Assembly (NCBI RefSeq): GCF_009914755.1
Contig: NC_060929.1
Length of the DNA: 64,000 bases
Source: the human T2T-CHM13v2.0 reference genome, Homo sapiens
Strand: one strand, 5' to 3'
The notes under the pieces were generated by a model that was not told where the DNA came from, did not search any database, and was given only the letters and a program-made list of their open reading frames with translations. The translations under genes were made by a program, and so were the position numbers. This document shows positions 1-16,587 of the stretch, one piece after another (within the stretch, counting starts at the first letter, position 1; each line of letters opens with the position of its first letter).

Positions 1-824
1 CCACAACTCCCGAGGAACCCATGGCTTAGATTTCATTATTTATGATTTGTGTTCCGATTATGAGGCAACATTCAGAAAGCAAGATAAATGGAAACGTTTT
101 TCAGTTTCCATTAGTGACAGCAGCTTGTCATGTTCCTGTAGCAAACCCCAGCAGTTGTTCACACATGGCATAAATGGTAGAAACTAGTTACCACTCCACA
201 TCTACCAAAATGTGAACATTATTTCTTATCCTCTTGCTTTCTACCCTACCCTCCAGTAAGGTTATAGCGATTAAATATTCAGTAGATGACATATTCAACA
301 ATTCTGTAGACCCAAATATACCCAAACAGTATTTTTCATTAAAAAGGAGGGTTTTTTCCCATTCATCAATAATGCATTAAAAATGTGTTTCTACACATTC
401 TAATGGCAATATAGCTTAGTAGAGAAAAAGGAGGCATTAATGATTGAAGACCTACAGGCTACTCTAAGCCACTAAACATTTACTATTGCAATTCTGTCAT
501 TTTTCAGCTTCCCTTGCTAGGATATGGGACTGGGACCTGATTACAAACAAGGGCTGTGAGATTTTGATTAAGAGAATGCTAGATACATGGTTACAATGGA
601 CAGTCAAGGGCAGCGCGCACTTTCCAATTCTATCATCATGACACGCTTCCCCATCGGGGAATAGGCAATGACATAGTGAGAAAACAAGTTCAATGGAGAA
701 TGTCTTTGTGATCGAGTCAGGTCTCAAGGCAGAATTTTAAAAAGTGTGTATCCCGGCAATCCCACGATTTTTTACAGTCTTTTCCTTTCACTTGTTTAAA
801 CAGAAGCAAGGATCCATCTATTAC

Positions 825-889
825 CTTCCCAACCTGCCCATCGTGGCTACTTCAGAAACCAGAGTTCACGTCTAATTGGCTCATTCATT
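825..889 (-). other. Candidate 65-bp exon containing a strong-Kozak ATG
   Basis: Minus strand reads ttccctttctgtgtctctgctctcag|AATGAATG...GCCACGATGGGCAGGTTGGGAAG|gtaata. Stops occur in all three frames; the ATG at 841-839 is open to the donor. Confidence 0.4.
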
Positions 890-1164
890 CTGAGAGCAGA
901 GACACAGAAAGGGAATCTAATTTCACAGTACAGGTTGTGTTTTTATTAACTTGTGCATTGAAGAAAAGTCCAGCCATTTTTTAGAAAATCTATAAATAAG
1001 TACAAAGCACAAACCAGTTCCTTCCCTATGAACACTTTCCTCTGGAAAAATCTCTTAACTAACTTTCAGCTAAATTACTCACTAGATTAACAAACCCACT
1101 CTATTCCCTCTTATAAACTCAGGAAACTGTCTAATACCCATGTCATAATAAAATTATAGGAGTC

Positions 1165-2025
1165 TGTAAGAGATAAGAAAACCAAAGTGTTTTTCCTCCT
1201 CTCACACACTCAACACAGCACAGTTCACCTCTGGTCAACAAAGTGTTGTAGGGGACTTCTTCCCAAAACAATCAGTTCTCTAGCACATACCAACTGGTTG
1301 TCCTATAATTCACTTCAGTTCCAGTACTGCCTGTCTGGAGATAGTGTCAGGTCTCACATATTAAGAGCTCAGTCCCACAAGACTGCTTCCACTTCAGATG
1401 TCATTGTAAGCCACAGGTTGTGAGCTGTGCTTCTGACCAACTAGCTATAAATCAAGGCTCCCATGACCCCCTCCTTGAGTTTGATTATTTTTCTAGAACG
1501 GCTCACAGAACTCAGGGAACACTACTGTTGACTGGTTTATTTAGAGGATATAACAAATGATATAGATGAACAGCCAGATGGAAGAGGTGCAGAGGGCAAA
1601 GCATGTGGCAGGAGTAAGGAGCTTCCATGCTCTCTCTGGGCACCTCACACTCCAGGAACCTTCATGTGTTCAGCAATCTGGAAGCTCTTGAGCCCTTCAA
1701 AGCTAGTCCTTTTGGGTTTTTATAGAGGCTTCTTTATGTAGATAAGATTGATTAAATCATGTGCCATTGGTGATTGACTCAATCTTCAGCTCCTATCCAC
1801 TCCTAGAAGATTGGGGTGTTGGGCTGAAATTTCCAACCCTCTAATCCTGCCTCTCTTTCTGGTGAGCAGCCCCCATTATGAAGCTATATAGGGGCCCCCA
1901 GGCACCAATCGTCTCATTAGTGTTCAAAAAGATATCACTTTGGAGATTTCAAGGTTTTAGGCACTATGTGCTAGGAACAAGAAGCAGAAACCAAATACAT
2001 TTTTCTTATTGTATCACAATATCAC
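1165..2025 (-). mobile_element. MER21-family solo LTR
   Basis: Long match to recalled MER21 consensus (gctcagtcccacaagactgc, gctcacagaactcaggga, gatgaacagccagatggaagag); minus strand starts gtgatattgtgata. Confidence 0.85.
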
Positions 2026-2034
2026 CGCATCCTC

Positions 2035-2760
2035 CTAGCACTCTACCCAATTATGGGCCCACCAGTTGGGCTGTAAGAGTCAGTTGTGTTTGTTTGTTCC
2101 TATTGGCTTTCTACCAGCTGCACTTGTTGAGGTAATTAGAACATTTTATTAACTATTACATAAACAACTGAAATAAGAGTTCAAAAAGAATGAAAAGGTG
2201 TTTTGCTATGAAAACTAAATTGGATGTTTCAAAAACATGTTCTAAATGTGACCACTATCAAAAATTGCTATATAATTTGGTGTGAATGAGGTGGAGGCAT
2301 TACATCCACAAAAGTCTAGATGGAGAGTGGAAGCCGGCAGCTCCACAAAGATTTTAAAATTCTGACCCTTTTTGAAGAACTAGAATCTGGAAACAGGATA
2401 TGAGAGATAAAGCATCATGGGTGTAGTTTAGCCACGAAAAAAGATGCAGAATGTCAATCATTGAGGCTCATCTCAAAGGAAGGCCTCAAATTATTTTAAT
2501 GAAATTGGCAAAGGAATAGAGAATGTCGCATTCTTAGGATGGTTCAACTTACAATTTTTCGACTTTCCGATGGTTTTTCAGGGTATTAAATGCATTTCGA
2601 CTTACGATATTTTCAATTTACCTTAAGTTTACTAGGACTTAACGCCACTGTAAGTCGAGTGTATGCGCTTCATTTTTTATGATTCTCTCTCCAAATAACT
2701 CTCTCAATTAATTCACCACCCATTGTTCCTAATTGCCTCGGGTAGGAGGGCTTCTTTTGT
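2035..2760 (+). mobile_element. Tigger15a-like DNA transposon remnant, split by a MER47 insertion
   Basis: Degenerate transposase-like 5' region (aaaagaatgaaaagg...atgaaaactaaattgg) and terminus cattttttatgattc...gagggcttct resemble recalled Tigger15a. Confidence 0.6.
2520..2665. mobile_element. MER47/Tigger5-type MITE
   Basis: Motifs ttcgacttacgatattttcaa, gtattaaatgcattt and gtaagtcgag are typical of MER47 ends. Confidence 0.7.
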
Positions 2761-2973
2761 TTTCCTAATCTAACCATGTTTCACTTTCTCCTGATGCTCA
2801 CTTTGCTTCTCCCAAGCCAAATCCAACTGAATAATATTTATTAAGAAATCTCCCTGTAGCAGGACTAAAAATGCTGGCAAGTAAAAAGACTGCAAGGCTT
2901 TGCATTCTAACAGGGAGTAGTGATAAATTCTATCCACCTGAATGAATCAAGGTTTCTTCTGGCTTCCATTTAC

Positions 2974-3384
2974 TTTTTTTTAAATTATCCTACTTTAAGT
3001 TCTGGGATACATGTGCAGAACATGATGGTTTGTTACACAGGTATACATGTGCCATGGTGGTGTGCTGCACCTATCAACCCGTCATCTACATTAGGTATTT
3101 CTCCTAATGCTATACCTCCCTTAGCCCCCAACCCTCCGACAGGCCTCAGTGTGTGATTTTCCCCTCCCTGTGTCCATGTGTTCTCATTGTTCAACTCCCA
3201 CTTATGAGTGAGAACACGCAGTGTTTGGTTCTCTGTTCTTGTGTTGGTTTGCTGAGAATGATGATTTCCAGCTTTATCCATGTCCCTGCAAAGGACATGA
3301 ACTTATCCTTTTTTATGGCTGCATAGTATTCCATGGTGTATATGTGCCACATTTTCTTTATCCAGTCTATCATTGATGGGCATT
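2974..3384 (-). mobile_element. 5'-truncated L1PA7-like 3' end
   Basis: Poly-T followed by L1 3'UTR (actttaagttctgggatacatgtgcagaac); ORF 3191..3373 is the ORF2p C-terminus [14 protein letters not shown]. Confidence 0.92.
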
Positions 3385-3708
3385 AACCCTGTTATCATCC
3401 CATGACATTTAGAGCGAAGAGGGTGGCCAAGTTGTTCATCCAGATGTAATTTACGGCAATTTAAACTGAGTCTAGAAGTTAATAACTTTAAAATAATGCA
3501 TGCACCTCATACTGAGTTTAATTTGGGTTTATTAAAAGATGGGTAATTTATGCCTTTTTGCCCTTCATGTATCCTCCTTTAAAAACAAGTTTACCAGGAA
3601 TTGAATAAAAGCTTTCATGGCACTCTCAATATTTTCTGAATTGTCAGCTTTTTTTAAAAAAAACAGCTTGTCAGAACTTAAATGGTTAAAAAAGATTCAC
3701 CAGCTTAC

Positions 3709-3979
3709 CTACAACTCCTCCTTGGGCACAATATCAGCAGAAAGCACATTTCTCTTCACTCTGAAATTGTAGAAAGTGACACCGTTGTGAAGCCTCTGGG
3801 ACTCCTCACTAAAATGAATATTCAGCACCAAGAACAGAAACTTTGGCACATCACATTAAATGTAACCTTAAGAAGGCTTATCATTTTAAAGTCATGTGCA
3901 TCTTATTCCCCCAGATTTCTCTTCTCAACTGTCTAACATGACTCGGCATCTCAACCCAGTCAGCATTCATTTCGCATAC
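3709..3979 (-). other. Candidate non-coding exon (271 bp, or 52 bp using the internal acceptor at 3760)
   Basis: Acceptor ttctctttctccctcag, alternative acceptor tttctacaatttcag, donor TAG|gtaagc. Confidence 0.3.
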
Positions 3980-4149
3980 CTGAGGGAGAAAGAGAATAGC
4001 TCCCTCACTGAAGCTCTAGCGCAAGGAGTTTGGGCCAGTCACCTGTAACAGCCATGCAACCATCAAATATTCAGTATTAAATCAACCAAGGCTATCAGGA
4101 GAAAGCCTTGCATACTATTCAAGTCCTTTAAGGGTAAGAATGTATTAGA

Positions 4150-4450
4150 AATTTTCAGCTACAATTCTTTGGTTGCAAATATCAGAAACTCAAGGAAGCT
4201 GGCTTAAGCAACAGCAGGAATATATTGTTTCACTTATCCTAGAGGTAACAGGGGCGTGAGGTGGCCTCAGGCACAGATAGTCGACAGGTTCAAACAATGT
4301 CATCATGTATCTCACTCCTTGCCTAATCTCTACTTTTCTAGTTAACCTGCACTATATAAATACAGAGATGAGGTGTATGTGGTCCTCAGAGTCTGCAAAT
4401 TCAATAACAACAGCACCCCTGAGAGTCTGTGTCAGTTATTTGACTATACC
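4150..4450 (-). mobile_element. Old MaLR LTR fragment (MLT1K/L-like)
   Basis: ggttgcaaatatcagaaactc...ctggcttaagcaa...caggcac...caaacaatgtcatca motif series. Confidence 0.55.
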
Positions 4451-4504
4451 ATCCCTATTTGCTTTACATGCCCATGCTTTGGTAGGAAACTCAGGACCAC
4501 ATGC

Positions 4505-4782
4505 TTTTTTTTTATTTTTATTTTTTTTTTGAGGGAGTCTTGCTCTGTCACCCAGGCTGGAGTGCAGTGGCATGATCTTGGTTCAAGCGATTCTCCTGCC
4601 TCAGACCCCCAAGTAGCTGAGACTACAGGTGCGCACCACCATGCTTGGCTAATTTTTATATTTTAGTAGAGATGGAGTTTCACCACTTTGTTCAGGCTTG
4701 TCTCAAATTCCTGACCTTAAATGATCTGCCCACCTCAGCCTCCCAAAGTGCTGGGATTACAGACGAGCCACCATGCCCGGCC
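4505..4782 (-). mobile_element. AluS with short internal deletion
   Basis: Alu consensus with poly-T; TSD aggaccacat at 4493 and 4783. Confidence 0.95.
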
Positions 4783-4825
4783 AGGACCACATATTTAAGA
4801 ACCCTTTCAGAATTGGAGGATGTGG

Positions 4826-5040
4826 GGCCCAGGCCCTGTGGCTCACACCTATAATCCCAGCACTTTAGGAGACTGAGGCAAGAGGATCACTTGAGGCCAG
4901 GAATTCGAGACCAGCGTGGATAACATGGTGAAACTCTCTCTCTCCTAAAAAATGTATACAAAAATTAGCTGGGTTTGGTGGTGCATGCCTGTAATCCCTG
5001 ATACTTGGGAGGCTGAGGCACAAGAATTTCTTGAACCCAG
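4826..5040 (+). mobile_element. Alu (J/S-like), 5' part, interrupted by L1
   Basis: Left arm and start of right arm end at ttgaacccag; the Alu resumes at 11056. Confidence 0.93.
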
Positions 5041-5904
5041 AGTGAGGTTCCAAGATGGCCAAATAGGAACAGCTCCAGTCTACAGCTCCCAGTGGCGAAT
5101 TCCCTTTCCTAGCCAAGGGAAGCCATGACAGATGGTACCTGGAAAATTGGGACACTCCCACCTTAATACTGCACGTTTCCAATGGTCTTAGCAAACAGCA
5201 CACCAGGAGATTATACCCCACGCCTGGCTTGGAGGGTCCCATGCCCATGGAGCCTCACTCACTGCTAGCACAGCAATCTGAGATCGAACTGCAAGGTGGC
5301 AGCGAGGCTGCGGGAGGGGCATCCGCCATTGCTGAGGCTTGAGTAGGTAAACAAAGCAGCCGGAAAGCTCGAACTGGGTGGAGCCCACCACAGCTCAAGG
5401 AGGCCTGCCTGCCTCTGTAGGCTCCACCTCTGGGGGCAGGGCATAGCTGAACAAAAGGCAGCAGAAACTTCTGCAGACTTAAACGTCCCTGTCTGACAGC
5501 TTTGAAGAGAGAAGTGGTTCTCCCAGTATGGAGTTTGAGATCTGAGAACGGACAGATTGCCTCCTCAAGTGGGTCTCTGACCCCTGAGTAGCCTAACTGG
5601 GAGACACATCCCAGTAGGGGCCGACTGACACCTCATACAGCTGGGTGCCCCTCTGAGACAAAGCTTCCAGAGGAAGGATAAGGCAGCAACATTTGCCGTT
5701 CTGCAATATTTATTGTTCTACAGCCTCTGCTGGTGATATCCAGGCAAACAGGCTCTGGTGTGGACCTCCAGCAAACTCCAACAAACCGGCAGCTGAGGGT
5801 CCTGACTGTTAGAAGGAAAACTAACAAACAGAAAGGACATCCACACCAAAACCCCACCTGTACATCACCGTCATCAAAGACCAAAGGTAGATAAAACCAC
5901 AAAT

Positions 5905-6932
5905 ATGGGGAGAAACCAGAGTAGAAAAGCTGAAAATTCTAAAAATCAGAGCATCTCTTCTGCTCCAAAGGAACACAGCTCCTCACCAGCAATGGAACAA
6001 AGCTGGACGGAGAATGACTTTGACGAGTTGAGAAAAGAAGGCTTCAGACAATCGGTAATAACAAACTTCTCCGAACTAAAGGACAATGTTCGAACCCATC
6101 GCAAAGAAGCTAAAAACCTTGAAAAAAGATTAGACGAATGGCTATCTAGAATAAACAGTGTAGAGAAGACTTGAAATGACCTGATGGAGCTGAAAACCAT
6201 GGCACGACAACTATGTGATGCATGCACAAGCTTCAGTAGCCAATTTGATCAAAGTGGAAGAAAGGGTATCAGTGATTGAAGATCAAATGAATAAAATGAA
6301 ATGAGAAGAGAAGTTTACAGAAAAAAGAGTAAAAAGAAACAAACAAAGCTTCCAAGAAATATGGGACTATGTGAAAAGACCAAATCTACATCTGATTGGT
6401 GTACCTGAAAGTGACGGAGAGAATGGAACCAATTTGGAAAACACTCTGCAGGATATTATCCAGGAGAACTTCCCCAGCCTAGCAAGGCAGGCCAACATTG
6501 AAATTCAGGAAATACAGACAACGCCACAAAGATATTCCTCAAGAAGAGCAACTCCAAGACACATAATTGTCAGATTCATCAAAGTTAAAATGAAAGAAAT
6601 AAATGTTAAGGGCAGCCAGAGAGAAAGATCAGGTTACCAACAAAGGGAAGCCCATCAGACTAACAGCGGATCTCTCGGCAGAAACCCTACAAGCCAGAAG
6701 AGAGTGAGGGCCAATATTCAACATTCTTCAAGAAAAGAATTTTTAACTCAGAATTTCATATCCAGCCAAACTAAGCTTCATAAGTGAAGGAGAAATAAAA
6801 TCCTATACAGACAAAAAAATGCTGAGAGATTTTGTCACCACCAGGCCTGCCTTACAAGAGCTCCTGAAGGAAGCACTAAACATGGAAAGGAACAACCAGT
6901 ACCAGCCACTGCAAAAACATATCAAATTGTAA
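5905..6932 (+). pseudogene. L1 ORF1p, disrupted by stops and frameshifts
   Basis: [15 protein letters not shown] start; KRPNLHLIGVPE and PRHIIVRF motifs lie in split ORFs. Confidence 0.93.
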
Positions 6933-6995
6933 AGATCATCAACGCTAGGAAGAAACTGCATCAACTAATGGGCAAAATAACCAGCTAACATCATA

Positions 6996-10828
<3,833 letters not shown>

Positions 10829-11055
10829 GAACACTTGGACACAGGGTGGGGAACATCACACACCAGGGCCTGTCGTGGGGTGGGGGGATGGGGGAGGGAT
10901 AGCATTAGGAGATATACTTAATGTAAATGATGAGTTAATGCGTGCAGCACACCAACATGACATATATATACCTATGTAACAAACCTGCACGTTGTGCACA
11001 TGTACCCTAGAACTTAAAGTATTTAAAAAAAAAAAAAAGAATTGCTTGAACCCAG

Positions 11056-11150
11056 GAGGCAGAAATTGCCGTCAGCCAAGATCACACCACACTGCACTCC
11101 AGCCTAGGCAACAGAGCTAAACCCTGTCTCAAAAGGAAAAAAAAAAAAAA
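11056..11150 (+). mobile_element. Alu, 3' part (continuation of 4826-5040)
   Basis: gaggcagaaattgc...tgcactccagcct and poly-A; Alu TSD agaattg(g/c)agga at 4809 and 11151. Confidence 0.92.
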
Positions 11151-11299
11151 AGAATTGCAGGAAGTAGGGGGAAAAAAGACAGTTCCTAAAATGAACAGAT
11201 GCAGAACAGATCAAAAAATAAATTAAAAAGTAGCCAACATCCACATATATCCCTTATCACAGCCAACAGGGGAGGTAGGTAGGGAGGGTATATGTGGGG

Positions 11300-11525
11300 T
11301 AATGGAAAGGATGCAAACTTTGGAGGCAGAGTTCTGTCTTTGAAAACTATTTCTACCACCTACAAGCTGTGACTGCCTGAGTCACATTTTTTAGCCTGTT
11401 TTCCCATCCACAAAGCAAGTCCTACCATGGAGGGTTATTTCAAGAATCAGATGTCTTCCTTGTAAAGCACCTAGCATGGGGCTTACCATATAGTAGATGG
11501 TCAGTAAAAGACAGTTCCTATTACT
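11300..11525 (+). mobile_element. MIR SINE
   Basis: Degenerate core and 3' end tgtaaagcacctagca...atagtagatggtcagtaaa. Confidence 0.6.
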
Positions 11526-11598
11526 TGGGTGGAGCAAAAGAGCCAAGATTAATGTTAAATCTCAACCAAAAAGAAGCAGAAAGTTGGAAAGATATTTA

Positions 11599-11985
<387 letters not shown>

Positions 11986-12027
11986 TTAGCATTACCTTAT
12001 AAAATACATTGTATTTCATATAAGTAT

Positions 12028-12326
12028 CTTTTTTTTTTCTTTTTGAGATAGGGTATCTCTCTGTCACCCAGGCAAGTGCAGTGGCAAGATCATAGCTTAC
12101 TGCAACCTCAAACTCCTGGGCTCAGGTGCTCTTCCCCATCCCAGCCCCCCAAGTAGCAAGGACTGTAGGTGCACACCACGACACCCGGTTAATTCTTTTA
12201 TTTTCTTGTAGAGAAAGGGTCTTCCTGTGTTGCCCAGGTTGGTCTCAAACTCCTGGCCTCGAGTGATCCTCCCACCTCGGTCTCCCAAAGTGCTGGGATT
12301 ACAGGCATGACCCACTGCACTAGGAC
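12028..12326 (-). mobile_element. AluJ-like
   Basis: Diverged dimer with J-type gatcatagcttactgc and gatcctcccacctcgg. Confidence 0.92.
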
Positions 12327-14050
12327 TTAATATATTGTTATATGGTGTTTGCTGAAGTATTACATTGGCTCATTTACAAACAAAGCATGTGCTCAGGGTG
12401 TGTAGTTGCAATAAATATGTTGGGAATGTTTTCAGTCTCAATATTCACATTGATATTTAATACACTCTGAATAATTAGCACAAATCAAAATAGGCTGAAT
12501 ATGTTTTTAAAATCAGCACTAAGCTCAGGGAAGAGCAAAGCCTTATGGATATGAAGCGGAAGGCTATTTAGTATTTGAAATCCCATTTCTGACACTCACA
12601 CTAACCCCCCTCTAACCCTGACTGCCAGTGCACTGAATTCTCAGTGCTCCACTAGCTGTGAAAGAGGAAGCTGCTGGGCCCCAATCACCTCCAAAAGATA
12701 GTTTGTGTTTGAGAACATGGCATGGAAAAAGAAAAAAAATGATTTCAATTCTTAAATTTCACTCGCCTCTCAGGACAATTTCAGTAAGTGAACACTTAAT
12801 TAATATGTATCTATCCCTTTTATTATACGCAAAGATTATATAGGTTTTAATGTATAACACCAAATTTATTAAATAGCTATATTTCATAGTTAATGTAGGA
12901 ATTCAAGTTCACAGAATCACAGAACAATAGAGCCAGAGGTAGCCCTGAAATTGAACTACTCCAATCTCTTTAGTTTACAGATGAGGAGAATCAGGATAGA
13001 GTTCATATTTTCTGGCATAAGTACAGAGAAATTTCATTTTACCATCCCACGTAAGCAGGAAATTGTTAAAGGTTTAAAAGTAATTTTCAAAGCAGTATTA
13101 GTTCTTTCAACTATAAAGAGACAAAGAATATAAATAAGAAAACAAATATGTAAGAGAAAGCCCTGAACACAGATATACAGATTAGGGTCTAGAAACTGGT
13201 TGAAAAGATTCAGAAAAACCATCAACCAGAGATGAACAGGACAGGAGGCGAAAGAGAGCCTCTGAGAATTTTCACTTTATAACTTCTGCATCTCACAAAG
13301 ATTGCACATGACTATCTCCAGAGTAGAGTTAGATAGACATACCTCAGAGGGAGAACTAAATACTAGAATTACATGAAAAATTTCACCATACTAACCAATG
13401 TAAAGTTATTAAACTAGCATTTGATAAGGGAAATGTTAAAGAAAATGTCATCACATCATAGAGCTGTCTTGGGCAACTATGAGCAAGTTCTAAAGAAATA
13501 AAAGACAATTACTAGTGGGCAACATGTGCCAAATGCCTAGAAAGCCAACAAATTGTGTTCAATGACAGAAATTTTCAAGAAATCTTAAACAGAACAGCTG
13601 CCAAAATGTGACTGGATTGAACAGGGCTTTGGGATGATGGAGAGAGGAGTTCATCAAATCCTCTTCTTAAAAAGCAGTGATAAAACTGAACAAAATTGTC
13701 CAACACTAAGATTTCAGGATTCTGGAATAGACCAAAGGTACCATTTCTTTAGAAATGGACGAAAGGCATAAAGCAAAATAAGACACTCAGATTCAATAAT
13801 AAAGAAAAACTAAACCCTGGATAATAACAGCGGGAATCTGTGGGGTTTTAGCCTGAAGCTGCTCCCTACTTGTCTTTCCCAGCACCCATCAGCTTAGTAG
13901 CTCTATAAGGTCAGGGGCAAGCGGTGAAACCAGCAGCTTTATTGCCCAAGGAGGGGATGTCTTAATTTGCAGCAAAGGTCAGAAAAAAAAACCCATGCAC
14001 CTGGGCACTGTCAGAAACAGCAGCCACAGTGATGTTAAAAGAATAGGGAA

Positions 14051-14629
<579 letters not shown>

Positions 14630-14751
14630 TTAGTAAACAGTGGAACTGTTACTGGCTTGAGATGATTAAACACGACCTCTGACCAATCACTGGCCCAATA
14701 CCAAGTTATGCTCACCCAAGGTTACCCCTAGAAAGCCAGATTTAACAAAAC

Positions 14752-14835
14752 GGAAGGAAGGAAGGGAGGAAGAAAGGAAGGAAGGAAGGAAGGAAGGAAG
14801 GAAGGAAGGAAGGAAGGAAGGAAGGAAGGAAGGAA
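14752..14835 (+). repeat. (GGAA)n microsatellite, 15 consecutive perfect units at 14776-14835
   Basis: Direct count from the sequence. Confidence 0.97.
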
Positions 14836-15841
14836 AGAAAGAAAAAAAAGATCACTCAGAAGAGACAGCAGTGTCCACCCAGAGGAAGACAGGCTTCATA
14901 GAATTAGCACAGGCAACTTACTAAACAAATAAACAAAATAGCAGCAGCAAAAACCCCCAGCTGGGGAAAGATCAGAATCCAGAGTTGCTACAATACGCCA
15001 AAAATGTCCAGTTTTCAATAAGAAAAAAGTGACGTCTGACAAGAAATATGTAATTTTGACTGCTAGTAATAAAAAAACACATCCACTGAAACTGTTTCTA
15101 AAAGTTTCCAAATGTTTAACTTAGCAGACAGACTACCAGACGATGATCATAAATATGTTCAAAATACCAAAAGAACCATGTTTATAAGAATTAAAGGAAA
15201 TTATGATAACAATGACACATTAGAGAATCTCCAAGCAACTAAAATGAATGAATTAATGATAGATAATAGATACACACACACATACATACAGTGAGTGTAA
15301 GTATAATTCTTGTCACTTGCAAATATTATACATTGAAATTACATCTAGTAAGCTAAAACAAATTCTATGATTCCTTGATACTCCTTATAGTATGGGATAG
15401 TTCAGTCAGTCCTCTACCAATTTCAACTCATGAGTTCAAGATTTGGGAACTGAGCTGAATAAAAGAGACAAGTGAGGCAAGAGGCTTTAAAGAGAAACTA
15501 AAAACATAAGTCCCAATATATGGTAATACAATAATAAGATCAATATGACACACAGATACTATATATTATTTCATATAAATAATGTGTAAGGTAGATGATA
15601 CTTGGATTAAATCATACATGTTGATGTCTCTTCATCCTATATATTTCCATGAGAGATACCTAATAACCAAAAATAATCATAAAAAACAGTTTCTAAGGGC
15701 AGAAAAATTAAATATGCACACTATGTATTTTCCTTTCAGTCATAATCAAGAGACTGATAAACTGTGAAGTTTTTGAAATCATTCTTTTCCCACATCAAGT
15801 GCTACAAAAATCCTTTTCCCACAATCACAATAACACTTTAC

Positions 15842-15897
15842 CTTTGTTTTTATTAAGACTAGTAAGTCTTTTTCTTCTTTCTGAAGACTGGCTAACA
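15842..15897 (-). other. Candidate 56-bp exon
   Basis: attttcttcag|TGTTAGCC...AACAAAG|gtaaag in non-repeat DNA; two open frames (LASLQKEEKDLLVLIKTK or VSQSSERRKRLTSLNKNK). Confidence 0.45.
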
Positions 15898-16280
15898 CTG
15901 AAGAAAATATGTTTTTCTTATACCCTACATGCATTCAAAGAAAATTATATTTTTTAAAATTTATTGATACTGGTGTAACAACCACAAAACTTAAAATGTT
16001 ATTATAGTAGGCACTGGGGTGTCTAGAATGCTTGGAAACTACAACCTAATTGGCAGGGTTGTAGATCATAGAGTGTCAATAAGAGCAAAGGTTCCCTGAA
16101 AATCACAGAGTGTCAATGAGAAAACGGTTCCCAAACATCAAAAAGCTAGTGAAAACTGTCTCCTCATTAGTAACTTCAGTTGCTTATGGGATATGGGTTG
16201 TTATGGAAACTGCAGTAAGAATGAGAAAAAAATTGGGAGACAGAAAAATATTGTCATAATGGGCAGGAGCTCATCTATAA

Positions 16281-16587
<307 letters not shown>

